Origin: Lama glama
Taxonomy: Eukaryota
Assembly: GCA_028534125.1 (NCBI GenBank)
Contig: CM052832.1
Location: forward strand, 21,330,001-21,394,000
Direction of reading: 5' to 3'
DNA: 64,000 nucleotides
This document shows, piece by piece, positions 26,870-39,800 of the stretch; position 1 is the stretch's first letter, and each line of letters begins with the position of its first letter. The notes beneath the pieces were generated by a model. It worked only from the letters and a program-made list of their open reading frames with translations. It was not told the DNA's origin and did not search any database. The translations under genes were made by a program, and so were the position numbers.

Positions 26870-27175
26870 TGGAATATGTCACAAATACTCCAGTTTTCTC
26901 CTGGATAAGTGCTAGAATTATATTTTCCCACCCTTCTGAATTTAGGCACAGCCATGTGAAATGGCTTAAACGTAGGAGCAGAAGTGATGAGTGTCACATG
27001 TGGTCAGCTCTGAGAGGAAGCGATCATGGTACCAGGTATTGGCCTGGATCTTCGAGTGAACTAGGTAACCAGCATCCTTCTGAAGACCTAACTGTGCCTG
27101 TGATGTTAAGTCACAGAGATCTGGGCTTTTTCATGACTACAGCCTCTATCTTGGTGGTCTATCCCGACTAATAAC
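26870..27175 (+). mobile_element. Old MLT1 MaLR LTR fragment
   Basis: TTAGGCACAGCCATGTGA..AGCAGAAGTGATGAGTGTCAC, TTAAGTCACAGAGATCTGGG..CCCGACTAATA. Confidence 0.65.
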
Positions 27176-27879
27176 CACATCACTTAATACCTAGGATCTT
27201 ATTTTTACCTCCTATGTCTTTTCAAAATATTGCTGATCTCGTCCCAGCCTAACAGGGGAGAGAAAATTTAATAAATACACTTGAAAATAATAATTACCAA
27301 GAGAAAAATACATTTGAAGCCCAGAGAGGATGGTATGAACAAAGAAAGAGAGTGCCTGTCTGACGAGAACCATTTCTCCTGCCGTTGTGTGTGTTCTGTT
27401 TTCATAGTGCCACTTCTCTGTTAAATACGGTGATCTGCTCCATGTCAACTCAACAGTGTTACCACAGAATGATTTTTAATGACCAATTCTGCCATGCCCT
27501 CATTTTGGCTGCAGCCAGTTTTCCATTATTTTTTGATGTTTGTGGTCCTTATTTGACTCTGCTAGAATGGGGACTACCAACTCGAAGAACACCTGCAGTG
27601 TCTGAGGCCCTGCATCCAACTTTTCCATGTGCTTCTCCCCCGGTGCTCCCACTGTGCACTAGCCACAAGTATGCAAGCACGAGGACTGAATACTCATCCA
27701 AAGGCAAAGCCGGGCTGGCTGCGGCTTAGCGTCTTAGGAAATTCCTCCAGCTGCCAGGGCATGTGCGGAACACATGACAACTGCTGGCGGTGACAGACGC
27801 TCTTCACCAGCTGACTATCAATAACTTGGAGGCTTAGTTATTTTTCTTTTTTTGTTTCCACTTAATTTACATTTTTTTC

Positions 27880-30100
27880 AAAATTAAATGTGTACATAAT
27901 TTTTTTTAAAAAATCAAACAATTCTACAAAGCCTGTAATGAAAAACTCTATCCCTCCTGACCCCTGATTTACACTTTCAAATCCCTTCACTGTTTTGTCC
28001 CCTTGTTTCTAAATAACCTCATCTGTTGTGCTGCTTGCGTTCTCAGATTTAGGTAGCTGTATTGATTTCCCATTATAGAACGCAAAAACCTAGCTTGATT
28101 GCATTAACATCCTCCTGTAGACACACATGTACATGTATGCACAGTATCAATTAATTTTTGCTTGTAACAAATCATCCTGAAATGTATTGGCTTAAAGCAC
28201 CCATTTATGTGTTCACGATTCTGTGGACCAGCAATCTGAACTGGACTGGACTGGACAATCCTGGTCTTGGCTGAGCTCAAGGTCAGCTGTGGTCAGTTGC
28301 TAGGGTGGATGGGAGCTGGTTGGCCCCAGTGGCCTCAGCTGGGGGTGGCTCTTCCACACTCCGTATGGCAGGTGAGGCTGGGCTTGTTCACACAGAGGAT
28401 GGGCAGGGTTCCAAAGGTCCCCGTGGGAGCACATGAAACTTGCTGAGGCCCAGGCTCTCTGGCACTCCCATTGCATTTGCTCACAAGGCCAGCTGGATTT
28501 GAGTAGAGGACGAACAGCCTGCACCTCTTGGTGGGACATGCGGTAAAGTCACATGGTGAAGGATGCACGGAGAAGAGAACTGTGGCCATTTTTGCAATCT
28601 GCCTACCAGACACCAGGAGCTCCTACATGCACCTGCACGTCCACTACACCACAATTCCCCTCATACAGACATAGCACATCACCAATCAGAGTTGAGTATT
28701 TAGTATTGACTCTATTATAATGACGGGCATTTATTTATAACTAGATCTCATAGTGAACTAGAATTATATTTTCTTTCTTATATAGGGATTGGTGCTCTGA
28801 TCCTCAGAGTAAATAACTGTTTTGAGCTGTTTGCTTAAGTTTATCTATGTACTTGGTAATCCGGCTCCCAACTCTGCAGTAAGCATACATTTCCTGAGAA
28901 CAGGTACAGCAGATGAATGGTCAGTTTCTTCCCCCACCCACTTGGAGTCACCCCTCTGGACCTCTCTAACCTTCTGTTCCCACCTGGACTGGGTCTTCTG
29001 TGGGCCTGTCGCAGAGTAACCACTCTGAGGTCCCCTTGGCTACTTTCTTCTGTAGAATGCCATTTCTTGTCCACTAGCATCTTCCAAGTTTTCTCCTTAT
29101 CTTGGAGGAAATTCTCTGGTGGATTCCTGAAAAGTGGTGCATGGGCGACAGCTTTTTGAGACTCGGAATGTCCGAAACACTGGCCCACCTGCAGACTTGT
29201 TTAACAGTGAGGGTGGGAATTATTTTCTTCGGAATCGTGAAGGCATTGCTTTTCTACCTTCCAAAGCTATTTTTAAGACCGCTGAGACCACTCTGATGCC
29301 TGTTCCCTTGTCCATCATCAGGCTTTCTTCTCTAGAATTTTTCAGTCATCTCTACTACTGAACTTCTTGGGGGAAAGAAAAGACAACGATGTGTCTCGAC
29401 AGGGGTCTTTTTTCGTTCATGTTGTGGGCACGCTGACTCAATCTAGTAACTTTTCTGCTTTATTCTAGGGCTCCTGTTGGATATCCTTTATGAATACTCT
29501 AACTTTTTAAATCTTATTTTCCTCTTATTTTAAACACTGTTTTCATTTGTTTTACTGTGACAAAGGTTTTTGTTATTGGTGGTGGTGGTGATGTTTTAGC
29601 TGCTTGGTTAGTAAGTTTATTGTCTTTATCGGAAAAACCTTCATAGAAGATGGTGGTTTGGTTTGTCTCTCAGTGGTCCACTCCTGACTTGCCTTCTTCT
29701 GAGCCACTCCTGACCTTTCTTCTGAGCCAGAGACCCTGGAAGACTTGCATCTCTTCTTTGCAGCCTCTTTCTTAGGCTTCTTCTGACAGACTGGGTTGTC
29801 TCGTACAGTAGTATAGCGTCCATCTCCTCCGTCATGACTGGAGTTGTTTTTCTTTATGTATTGGGAGCATCCCCATCCTCTTCTAGAAGATCACTTTTAA
29901 AGACCCTGGTGATCTCCATCTCTTCTATAATCATCTGCGACGTTCTGACCCATGATGTGCTTCCGAGGTACTTCTGCATTGAATGCCCTGCTTCCTGAGT
30001 CATAACCAGGGACTCATGTGGTACTGTGGGGGACTGTTAAGCCTCCATCCACAATTCCTAGCATCCTTCCTGACATGTGTTTTACATTCTCTTGCTGTCA
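27880..30100 (-). mobile_element. HAL1-like / old L1 element (minus strand), interrupted by an MLT1 LTR
   Basis: Pyrimidine-rich. ACTAGAATTATATTTTCTTTCTTATA near 28757 resembles the reverse complement of 15945-15973 in the plus-strand element. Boundaries are approximate. Confidence 0.55.
28145..28612 (-). mobile_element. MLT1F-like MaLR solo LTR
   Basis: GTAACAAATCATCCTGAAATGTATTGGCTTAAA..TTCACGATTCTGTGG..GGCTGGGCTTGTTCACA..GGCCATTTTTGCAATCT. Confidence 0.8.
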
Positions 30101-31624
30101 TCTTAGTGGAACTTTCAGCAGGTCTGGAGGGATAGTCATGTTTTGTTTTGTTTTTAGTTTCTACCTGCCATATTTAGCTAGAAGTCCCTATGGTTTGGTT
30201 TTTAGGAGCACTGCATAATTGTGAAACCAACTGTATTCTCTGTGTCCCATCTGACAATCAGTTTCTAGTAGTTTGCACTAAATATCAGTGACAAGAGTTC
30301 AGAAATTTTTGTATTCCCTGGGAAGGAGGTAAAAAAGGAAGTGAAGGTAGCAATTACCAAGTGGCCACCTCAAAACAGTAACGTCAAAACAGCCTTCATT
30401 GCCTGGTCCAGAACAGGTGCTCAACAGGGCATTTGTATGGATTACATGATGCCTGAAATGTACTCCAAGAATTGTGCAGGTCCAAGCTTTCGTCTTATCT
30501 CTGAACACAGTACCCGGCATACAGAGTTGTTACTGAATAAATACTGATGAATTCATTCATTGGGTTTGTTTTTGAGTTGAAGCTAGTCTGAAATTAAAAG
30601 TGAAAAGTACTACATCCTAATAAATTTCAGCGAAGGCAAAATATTGAATTCCCTGGAATGCATCAAATAGAACTTTGATATTTTATAGACTAGTGATACT
30701 GCCCGCAGTAAATCAGATAAATTATGAAGAGAGGACGTGGATTTTATCACCTCCCAGTTATGTGATGTTAACATGTCATTCTCTCTCTTCCTTCCCCCAG
30801 AGCCTGCTGTTTAATTAATTGTTTTACTTCTTGCTAATAACATCTGCCTGAGGGCTGAAAGCCTGGCCAGCCGCTATTTTGTCAATGCAAGTGGATGGGG
30901 TGGAAACATCGCCCACTTAGAGGTAGACTGGTGGCTACCATCTCAGTCTCTTTCTCTTAGACTCCGGCTCTTTTCACAAGTATTTGGTCCCCCTTTTGGG
31001 TGCCTGTGGTTTGCTGCATGTAAATATCTGTCAGAGAAGCCAGCCCTGGGTTACCAGAGGCCTTGGGGCATCTAGCAGTTTGCTCAGACCAGCGGCCAAC
31101 ACGGTTACCTGGCAGGCTCCAAATGAGGACGTTGGCTGCTCTCAGAAGGCTTCTCCCAGCCTTGGGCTAATGCTGCCACTATGCTGGGCTTTCTTTGTTG
31201 ACACCAAAGAGCAGCGCAACCGGCGCCAGCACCAGCGCCACCGCCACTGTGACACAGAAACTTGGTTGTATTAGCGAGGTCTGCTTCCGCTATGAAATGC
31301 TCCTAATTAGCTGTTAACACCTGACAGCTTCATACGCACACCTCAGTGCCAAGCACAGCCAGTTCAGTCCATGCATGAAAAGCTGACAGCAAAAGTGAGA
31401 AAGAATGAATGGTGATGATACATTTTGTGCCTTCAGAGTTTAAAAAAAAAATCTTTGATAAATTGTATATTGTAGTACTTTGTTGTCCCAGGTTTATGAT
31501 TCCAAACATGAAACCTCACCTGGAATGCTGAGTGGATGGGGAAACAGAAGGAGAAGAAAAAATTATTTCTTTTTAATCTGTTCTGCAAAGATATAAAAGG
31601 AATTGAAAAGGTATTTGTTAAAAC

Positions 31625-31760
31625 TTCAACTAGTATGTGACTTTGAGCCCAAAAAGATTTCTTAGGACCTCAATTTTTCTCATTTACAAAGGAAGGGACT
31701 GGATTATTTACATATTGAACTAAGAGGCTTCTTTCAATGTTAAAAAACCTCAGATTCTAA
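31625..31760 (+). mobile_element. MIR3/MIR fragment
   Basis: ACTAGTATGTGACTTTGAGC..GGACCTCAATTTTTCTCATTTACAAAGGAAGGGACTGGA. Confidence 0.65.
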
Positions 31761-32635
31761 GATAGGCCACTTCCCTAAAGTGATGGTGAACTGAGTCTGA
31801 AAAAGCACGTCTCCCATGATACGAGGATTTGTTATATCCAACCTGGATTTAGTGCCTTTATACACATTCAGATGTTAGAAATTTGTAATGAGTAAGAAAT
31901 ATGCTGAAAGATTTAGTAGAAAGAAATAACACGTTGGGTTTTTTAAAAATAGAAGTATTATTGTTTGAAGAGCTCTGTGCATTGAGAAACTGTCATCTAA
32001 TATCAAAGAAAACGTTTGTCATATTTATTTTTTGTTTGTTTCGTTGTCCAGCACACAGCTCTGTAGCTGTGACTGTCCACCTGGAGATCTCTGACTCCAC
32101 AGGGAAGACTCAGACCTTACGACTGCACCTCGGAGTGTTTTATCACACGTTATCTCACACAAGACTCATTCCTTACAGTCAGAAACAAGCGCAATTTGAA
32201 AAAACTTTTCTTGCAGACATTTTGAAAGCTACGTTTCTCTTCCATGGGTGGTAGATGAAAGCTCAGTGTTTGATCACCCATAACCTTAGGAGAAAGATGA
32301 ATATTCCATTCCACTTCAGCCCAGTTTCCCAGGGCACAACCAATTTTCCCAATGGAGAGTAGATTAAATTCACAGATAAAACAGTGTTGAGGAGAAAGAA
32401 CTGGCCTAGGAGCCTCAAGGGAGCGGGTTCAGAGGTGGTTTAGGGAGAATCACTTTCCCTTCTGGAGCGCAGTTTCTCTACCACATGTAATGCCCATGTC
32501 GCTGCATCTTGACAAGAATCTTCTCGGATAGTTTGCTTTGTGGAATCATGCCAGCCTGGAATTTCTTTGCCCTCTTCTTTCAAATTCCAAATAGAAGTGG
32601 CTTAAACAAGGTGAGGTATTATCACTACAAGGTCG

Positions 32636-32909
32636 TTTTTTAAAAATTGAAGTAAAGTCAGTTTACAATGTTGTGTCAATTTCTGGTTCACAGTGTAATA
32701 GGCCGGTCATACATATACATACATATATTCGTTTTCATATTTTTTCATTATAGGTCACTACAAGATATTGAATACAGTTCCCTGTGCTGTACAGTAGAAA
32801 CTTGTTTATCTGTTTTATTATATAATAGTATCTGCAAATCTTGAACTCCTAATTTATCCCTTTCCATCCTCCTCCCCACCTGGTAACCGTAAGTTTGTTT
32901 TCTATGTCT
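32636..32909 (-). mobile_element. Younger 5'-truncated L1 3' end with TSD
   Basis: T tail followed by ATTGAAGTAAAGTCAGTTTACAATGTTGTGTCAATTTCTGG. Flanked by CTACAAGGTCGTTT (32625-32638) and CTACAAGGTCATTT (32910-32923). Confidence 0.9.
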
Positions 32910-33329
32910 CTACAAGGTCATTTAATATATTAATTACCATAAGCAAAAGTTTGTTCCATGGTGGAGGAATGAAGATCCCATGCCAGCAAAGTCTACATCA
33001 CACATATTTTGCACTCAGCTTCTGGAAGCCTGAAATGCCAGCATTCATTACCTTCCAGCTCCTTACGCTTTGCGGGAGTCCTCCTGCTCGTACCTCAGTT
33101 CTCTGGTACTTCCTGCCCTTCCAGACTTCCAGCTGTGTGATGGGCCCATGCTCTGCTCTCACCGTGGAGAAGGGAAGATGCCCCATAGCATACAATTTGG
33201 ATCTTCTTCCCCTCCCTTTTGAAGATTTAAAAAAAAAAACGACTATTATCCAGACAGAGCATCAGTTTGGGTCTTGTTTGAGGGCTCTTTGTAATTCTCC
33301 AGGTCCTGCTCTTTTTTATGACTATACTC

Positions 33330-33760
33330 AGTTAGGATTAGGTTTGGCCTTGAATAATGAAACCGTAAATAATAATGAAGACCTGCACAAGATAAACATC
33401 TTACTTCTCTTGCATGTAGAAGAAGTCTGGGGGGCAGGTATTGAGAAGTGCAACGGCAGAGAGTCATCACAGACTCAGGGTCTATCTTGCTATACTGCCA
33501 GTTTCAGCAAAGGGATGCCACCTCATAGTCTAAGATGGTTCCTCCAGCTTCATCCATTATTTTGACTATCCCTTTCCACTGGATGGAGAAAGGGTCCAAA
33601 AGGGGGCACCTTCTTATTTCAAAAACCATTTCTGGAAGTTATATGTGGCACTTTTACTCGTCTCCCATTGACCCAAACTTAGTCACGTGGCCACAACTAG
33701 CTGCAAGGGAGACGGGAATGACGTCTTCATTCCAGGCAGTCAAGGGCACAGCTGAATGAG
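33330..33760 (-). mobile_element. Old MLT1 (J/K-like) MaLR LTR
   Basis: AAGATGGTTCCTCCAGCTTC, CCCATTGACCCAAACTTAGTCACGTGGCCACAACTAGCTGCAAGGGAGACGGGAA. Confidence 0.75.
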
Positions 33761-33870
33761 AGTGCGGTGGGGGAGGAGCACTAGGATCTGACCGAGATCA
33801 AATATCCTGGAGAATTCTTTCACCCTCAGATATTCATGAGCTATTTCTCAGGAAGGATCAAGAGGAGATA

Positions 33871-33909
33871 AGATAACCTCAAGATATATCAGATAACCTC
33901 AAGATATAT
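33871..33909. repeat. 20-bp tandem duplication
   Basis: AGATAACCTCAAGATATATC AGATAACCTCAAGATATAT. Confidence 0.9.
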
Positions 33910-34409
33910 TCCTGCAGAGTGTGTTAACCGATCAGAGTGATACAAGGGCCGTGGTGGTTATGGGTTAACTAGAAAAGTTTCCATGGATAAATTTTATCCA
34001 AAATCAGAAAGATGGGAAAGATAGAATTTGGCAGGACACTGAGGCAGGCTGTTTCAGGAACGAGCAGAGCTGCTCTTTGGCAAAACCATAAAGTGAAGGC
34101 TGCTCTCCTCAGTGCCCCTCTATTCTAAGTATTCTACATACTTTCCCTCCCTTTCAACACTATTCCCTTCCCATGAGCATGTAATAGTCTGTGTACGTAT
34201 GTGTGTGCATGTGTGTCTCTGCGCATGCACGCACACACGCACCCATACACAAAAGTGCACACTAATATTTCACTGAACCATAATTTAAGAGGAAAAACCA
34301 AATAAGCTAAACTAATTAACTTTTATCTATTTAAGACTTGCTACCATCCCAGGAGTATTGTACAAATTAAATTAAAATTAAAGTTCCTGGGAGTGAGTGC
34401 TGCTTTAAT

Positions 34410-35050
34410 TCTAGTCAATAAATGCCTAAGGGACTATTTCTTACAGACTCTGTGAGGATGGAAAAGAATACATTTCTGCCCTCAAAGAGGTTATCCTCTG
34501 GTAGACAGAGAGCCATGCACACACTTTCCAAGAAAAACACCCAGTATGATCTTTTATTCAAACTATTATGAGTGCACTGGGAAAGCAGAGCTCAATCCCA
34601 GCCCAACAGGAGGATGGTGAGAGATGGGTGATATTTCGTAGGCAGAATCAGACCGACCTGAATAAAAGAAGGGCATGTCAGGTGGAAGGACCAGCCTGAG
34701 AAGAGGTGGAGGTGGATGAGACTGAGGAGCCTATGTGATGGAACGAAAGGGACCAGGAGGCCATCATGAGACGCGCAGCTGAAAATGCAGCTTGAGACCT
34801 TATCATGAAGGGACCTGGCACTTTAATAAAAGAAATGGGCACTACAAGAAAGGTGGGTGAGAAAGGTCCCCGATCAGGTGGGCTGTTTTATACGAAACAA
34901 CACCTGGAGGCGGACAGCACAGAGACTGAAAGGGGAAGACAGGATCCAGGTAGACAAATTTGGAGACTGGCTTACGTCCAGGTGGAAAGTACCAGAGACC
35001 TGAATAAAGCTAGTGGGAACTGAGAAGACAAAATGTATCACTAATGGCAA
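34410..35050 (-). mobile_element. L2 LINE fragment
   Basis: GTCAATAAATGCCTAAG, TCTGCCCTCAAAGAG, TGGAGACTGG..GTCCAGGTGGAA. Confidence 0.6.
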
Positions 35051-35344
35051 AGTTTCCAATGAAAACCAAGTGGGATACTTGGGGGAGGGAGCCTTTCTAG
35101 GCATTCTCAGGTGACACTATATTAATCCCCACATTTCCCAGTGGTACATGGGACCCAAAGGTGGGGAAGACAGGGGAACCTTAATAAACCGAAAAGTAAG
35201 AAGAGAAAGCAGAATCATAGCCTTTCAGAGGTGAGAGGGCCCTCTAACAAGGCTTTTATTTTTTACAGATGAGGGAACAGATCTGGGGGGGCACAGTGGT
35301 AGCACAGGAGATGCGAGACTTGCCCTCCCTGGTATTAATGTCTT

Positions 35345-36360
35345 AGCAAAAGAAATAGGTATTAACTATCCAAAAACACTACTGACAAATGACAAACTGG
35401 GGAAAATACTGCAGCACGTATCACAGACAAATGGTTAATCTCCACCATTCAAAGCACCGAGATAACAGGAAGGGAAAGATAAGCACCCAACAGAAAAGGG
35501 GCAAGAAGCGTGGACAGACAGTTCACGCACACAAGAACTACAAATTCTCCTTAAGCACATGATGAGAAGATCTTACTCAAAATAAGAACAATGCACATTA
35601 AAACTGCCCTGAGTACCATCTCTTACCTCCCCATCAAAAGTTGGGCAACACCCCTGGTGAAGCTGTGAAGAAATGGGCACTTATGTGTTACTGATAAAGG
35701 TGGGAAATGGTACAACCCACAGGAATGGTAACAGGGCGAAGTCTATCAAAATCACTGACGCATTTGTCCTTCGACCCAGCCACCCCACCTGTGGGTATTT
35801 ACATGCGTAACATAACAGGGACAGGAACACATGAGTACTGACTGCAGCATTATCTGTAATAGTAAAAGACTGAGAATATGAAACAAATATATGTATGTAT
35901 ATGCATGGCTGGGACATTGTGCTGTACACCTGAAATCGACACATTGTAACTGACTGTACTCAATAAAAAAAAGTAAAAGACTGAGAACAACTCAACTGCC
36001 AGCATTAAGGAACTGGTTCCAGAATCAATGAAGAGTTAACACAGTGGAATTCTATGCAGCTGTAAAATGGAGAGAGGTTCTTCATGTCTTGATACAGAAT
36101 AAGCTCAGAGTACATGGTTAGGGAAGAAAAGCATGGTGTACAACAGGTACAAAGTACGTTCGCTACCTTTTGTGTTTAAAAGGGGAGGAACAAGATATAG
36201 ATTTGCATTTGTCCTTGCAAAAAAGAAAAGATAAATAAGCAACTAATTAAAAAAAAGTTTACCTCTAAAAGGAGAGTTTATGGGGTAAATGAGAACAGAA
36301 ATGAAAGCTAGATAGTTTAGAATATATCTTTCTATTTCACTTTGATTTTTTTCATCATGT
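35345..36360 (+). mobile_element. Old L1ME-like 3' region hosting a nested young L1
   Basis: GACAAATGACAAACTGGGGAAAATA, ATCACAGACAAATGGTTAAT, GCAGCATTATCTGTAATAGTAAAAGACT, GTGGAATTCTATGCAGCTGTAAAA. Confidence 0.8.
35877..35971 (+). mobile_element. Very short young L1 3' end (95 bp) with a perfect 16-bp TSD
   Basis: AGTAAAAGACTGAGAA at 35861-35876 and 35972-35987. The insert ends GACACATTGTAACTGACTGTACTCAATAAAAAAAA and is related to the 32636-32909 element. Confidence 0.9.
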
Positions 36361-36449
36361 AACCACATTTATCATTGGAAAAAAACACCATAAAATTTAA
36401 AACGGTAATTGTGACAAACATAACATTTAAATGAGACATTCATGGTATT

Positions 36450-36860
36450 ATCACAGCCAGGAAGATGTGATCTAATCATAGAGGTCAGGGAAGTCTTCCT
36501 GGAGGAAGTGGCTCCTGAGGTCAGATCTGAAGAATGAATAGAAGTAAATGGATTCAGAGAGCAGAGAAAAAGCATTATCATCAGAGAGGGAAGCCTGTGC
36601 ACAGGCCCTGTGATAGGAAGGGAAAAAAAGCACTTATGAAAAAAGCAAGCAGAATAGCAAAGCAAGCTGTGAAACAAGGCTGGACCAGTGAGGGCAGGCT
36701 AGACCACGTGGGGCTTGTGCGCTATGCTGAGAGATACTGTTTTAATCCTAAGAGCAATGACATGCTGTTGAAAGTTTTTAAGCAGGCAGGGAGGAGGAAG
36801 TCCAGGGGAGCTTGTGCTTTACTCAAGGGAATATCTGTAGTCACTGAAGATTAGAGAGGA
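36450..36860 (-). mobile_element. L2 LINE fragment
   Basis: GGTCAGGGAAGTCTTCCTGGAGGAAGTG, TTTTAATCCTAAGAGCAATG..TTTTTAAGCAGG. Confidence 0.8.
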
Positions 36861-39800
36861 AAAAGCGTGGTGTGATCACTACACGTGTGCTTGGAAAGAA
36901 CCGTTGGTCACACCCATCTCCCAAATCCACCTGTAAAATTACATGCAATGCTCACTAACAACATTCCGTGTATTTCAATTATGACCCATCAGTTGCTATT
37001 TGCTAAAGACATTACACAAATTGCACAACGGATAAAGTTGTTATAGTCTAATTTAAATTGGAACTTATCTTCGTTTCTAGGCAACATCATTGCACTGGAT
37101 AATGATGGCTCTGTCCCTCCAAATCGCTCACAATCTGGCAAGTGAAATGAACGAGGGAACCAATTTCTGTGTGTTCAGGCCAGTATCTCAGCCTATTAGA
37201 TCCAGCCCGGGAATAAAACCCATTTTTAATGCACCATTTGATAAGAACACTTAACCTCAGTATGTGTTGTAATTAGAGAGATAATGAGAACTTCACTAGA
37301 ACCTCTTAAGACTAGGAATACATTTTAAATGCACCTAGAATGAAAATTGCATTACCTGAGACCAATCCAAGGGATTTTCCCTTCCAACTCTACCTGACCT
37401 GCTCTCCCCATCCCAAGGCTTTTGCCGTCTAAGAAGTGTGAAAAGATAACAATTTTACAGGTAGTGGATATCACAGAAGGCTAATGGGTTCAGTTGAAAA
37501 TTGCTTTATAGTTATTTGAAAAGGTAAAAAAAAGACCCTTAATTTTGAAAATGAGCTTCAGAGGCCGAGTATGAAGAAGACAGAGTGTTGAGTCATGTAT
37601 GCAGAGAAGGAAACTGCTTACAGGAACCTACTCAGAAAATGTTAATATATGCATAAGAAAATTGTGTTCCTTAATCTCTGAAGAAACACTTATCACTAAG
37701 AACCCTGTAATTCTTTTCCTGTGCTTGACTTATTAGCTTATGAAATTATGTTAATAACCTTCATGTTAATGGTTTGGAGGCTCAAATGACCTGATTTTAA
37801 TAATGAAGTAATTTATGCAATAAATGCAATCAGCATCTATGAATCTCACTTCACAGAACGGTACTGGTGATTAGCCAATGCTAAACCAAGTGACTGTCAG
37901 CGTGGGGCAATGCATGTGCTTCTGCAGAGAAAACAGATCTCGCTGATGGGCGCCGAGGTGGGGGCTACTCAAGGCACGTGAAGCGAGCTGCAGCTCTTAG
38001 CAGCAAAGGCTATGGTAGAGAGGCTAAGCCCCAATCCAACTATAATATACAAACTGTTAAATGAGTCTGATACTTCAGTAACTACAGATTAAATCTACAT
38101 GGGAGGTGTATCCATGCCAAGTATCTTTGGTGGAATGGAGTGAATTCCTGGAAGGAAATTGGGTTGCACAGAAAACAGGGGATGAAGGAACAGCCAACAG
38201 CATCCTGGGAGAGAGCAGAGGAGGTGGAGGGGACACCCGGGAGGAGTGGAGGGTTCCCCATCCTGCCATTGTAAAATCCACGTCCTAGAATAACCTGGGT
38301 GAGAGTATTACTCAGCTTTGCCTTTTGAGAGTATTATGTTGAATTACCCTTTTTGCTTTGCTTAGTTTTGTTTTTGTGCTTTTTCCCATTGCCTACAGAT
38401 CTAAAGCTTAGAAGCAACTAATTTACACGCTTATACATTCATCTAAGACACACTTTACACCCATGCTGGATAGATGAGACTTTTCTCCTTTCTTTCTTCA
38501 GAGATTCCCCAGGAAACAAGTTCCCATCTCTCTCTCTTAGCTTACGATTTAAATATTTCCCTTAAAAATTCTGTCTCCCTCACAACTAAAGTCTATGAAA
38601 CCATTCTCTGACTTCCTGGAAATGAGGTCAGGCATGGTCACCGCCTCTTCCTACCGACTGTACCTATAGCCCCAAGTGGGATTAGCAGGGCAGGCTGTTG
38701 GGTATAGATAGCCTGTGTTTCCAGCGGGGTCCAGACCCCACAGTGCGGACCTTCCAGCGCCCTTGATCTTCACCCTGAACACTGACATTCCACAAGACTT
38801 TTTATTAAATGTTCAAAACCAGTATTGGGGTACTTGATAGAACGTTGTACCTTGCCCCAAGAAAGTTCTAAGTCAAATATGCCTATGGTACAATGTTAAG
38901 TTAAAAAAAAAAGGAAAATATTACATTAACTAAACTCTAAACTGTGATGTAGCTAAGACAGCATTGGTTTGGAAATCAGAGTCCCTGGTTTCTAACTCAG
39001 CGTCCACTCTCACTCCTTGTGGAATTAGTCAAGGTACGTGACTCTTTAAGAGAGCCATATTGATTTCTCTTTTTCTATATTTTAATGAATGGGCATTAAC
39101 TTTATGACAAAAATCACCAAGGGCATAATTTTGGAAAATGAATACAGAATACAACTGGTAAGAATACAAACCTTCAGTAGAATTGTAATTCTTCATCTCA
39201 GTTGTAAATTGGCATTACATTGACTATAGTGCAAATAAGGGTCATCCAAACGCATATCTCCCATGAAGTCTAACCCAATCTCCACTCTTTTTTTGGATTT
39301 GCATAAAGGTGATCATAATTTTCCCACACCAGAAACCATGAAGTAAAGTGCCTTTGAGAGGCGTCACGTGCAGTCTGCAGGAAGAGCTGCTATATGTAAT
39401 TCCATAATTTAAAAGATGACAAGTGATAATAATTCCTTTCTTATTGCAACACCTAAGTTCTCAAATCTCTACTCACTGGTCATCGAGCCCAGCACTATGC
39501 AGTGCTGAACGATTCCTCAGCACCACCACAACATTAATCCCCACCACTGAAAGCACCTAGAAGCACTGTCCCATTTCACAAATAAAAATATCTACCAAGA
39601 GACCTCATACCTGCTTTGCCCGTGCCTCCAAGCGCAGAATCTGGAACCTTAGTCCATTGTAATAATCACCGTATGGCCATGTTTTCATCCGACAGGATTC
39701 TCATCAAATACGGGCTTAACCTGTGATATCACAAATAAATTAATTACTAAAATTGGAAGGATGCAGTCTCTTTGCAAAAGAGATAACTCTTCAAGTTATT

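Noticed and set aside
32951..33565. Longest ORF (204 aa)
   Set aside because: Non-ATG start, runs through an A-tract and into an MLT1 LTR, and has no recognisable domain.
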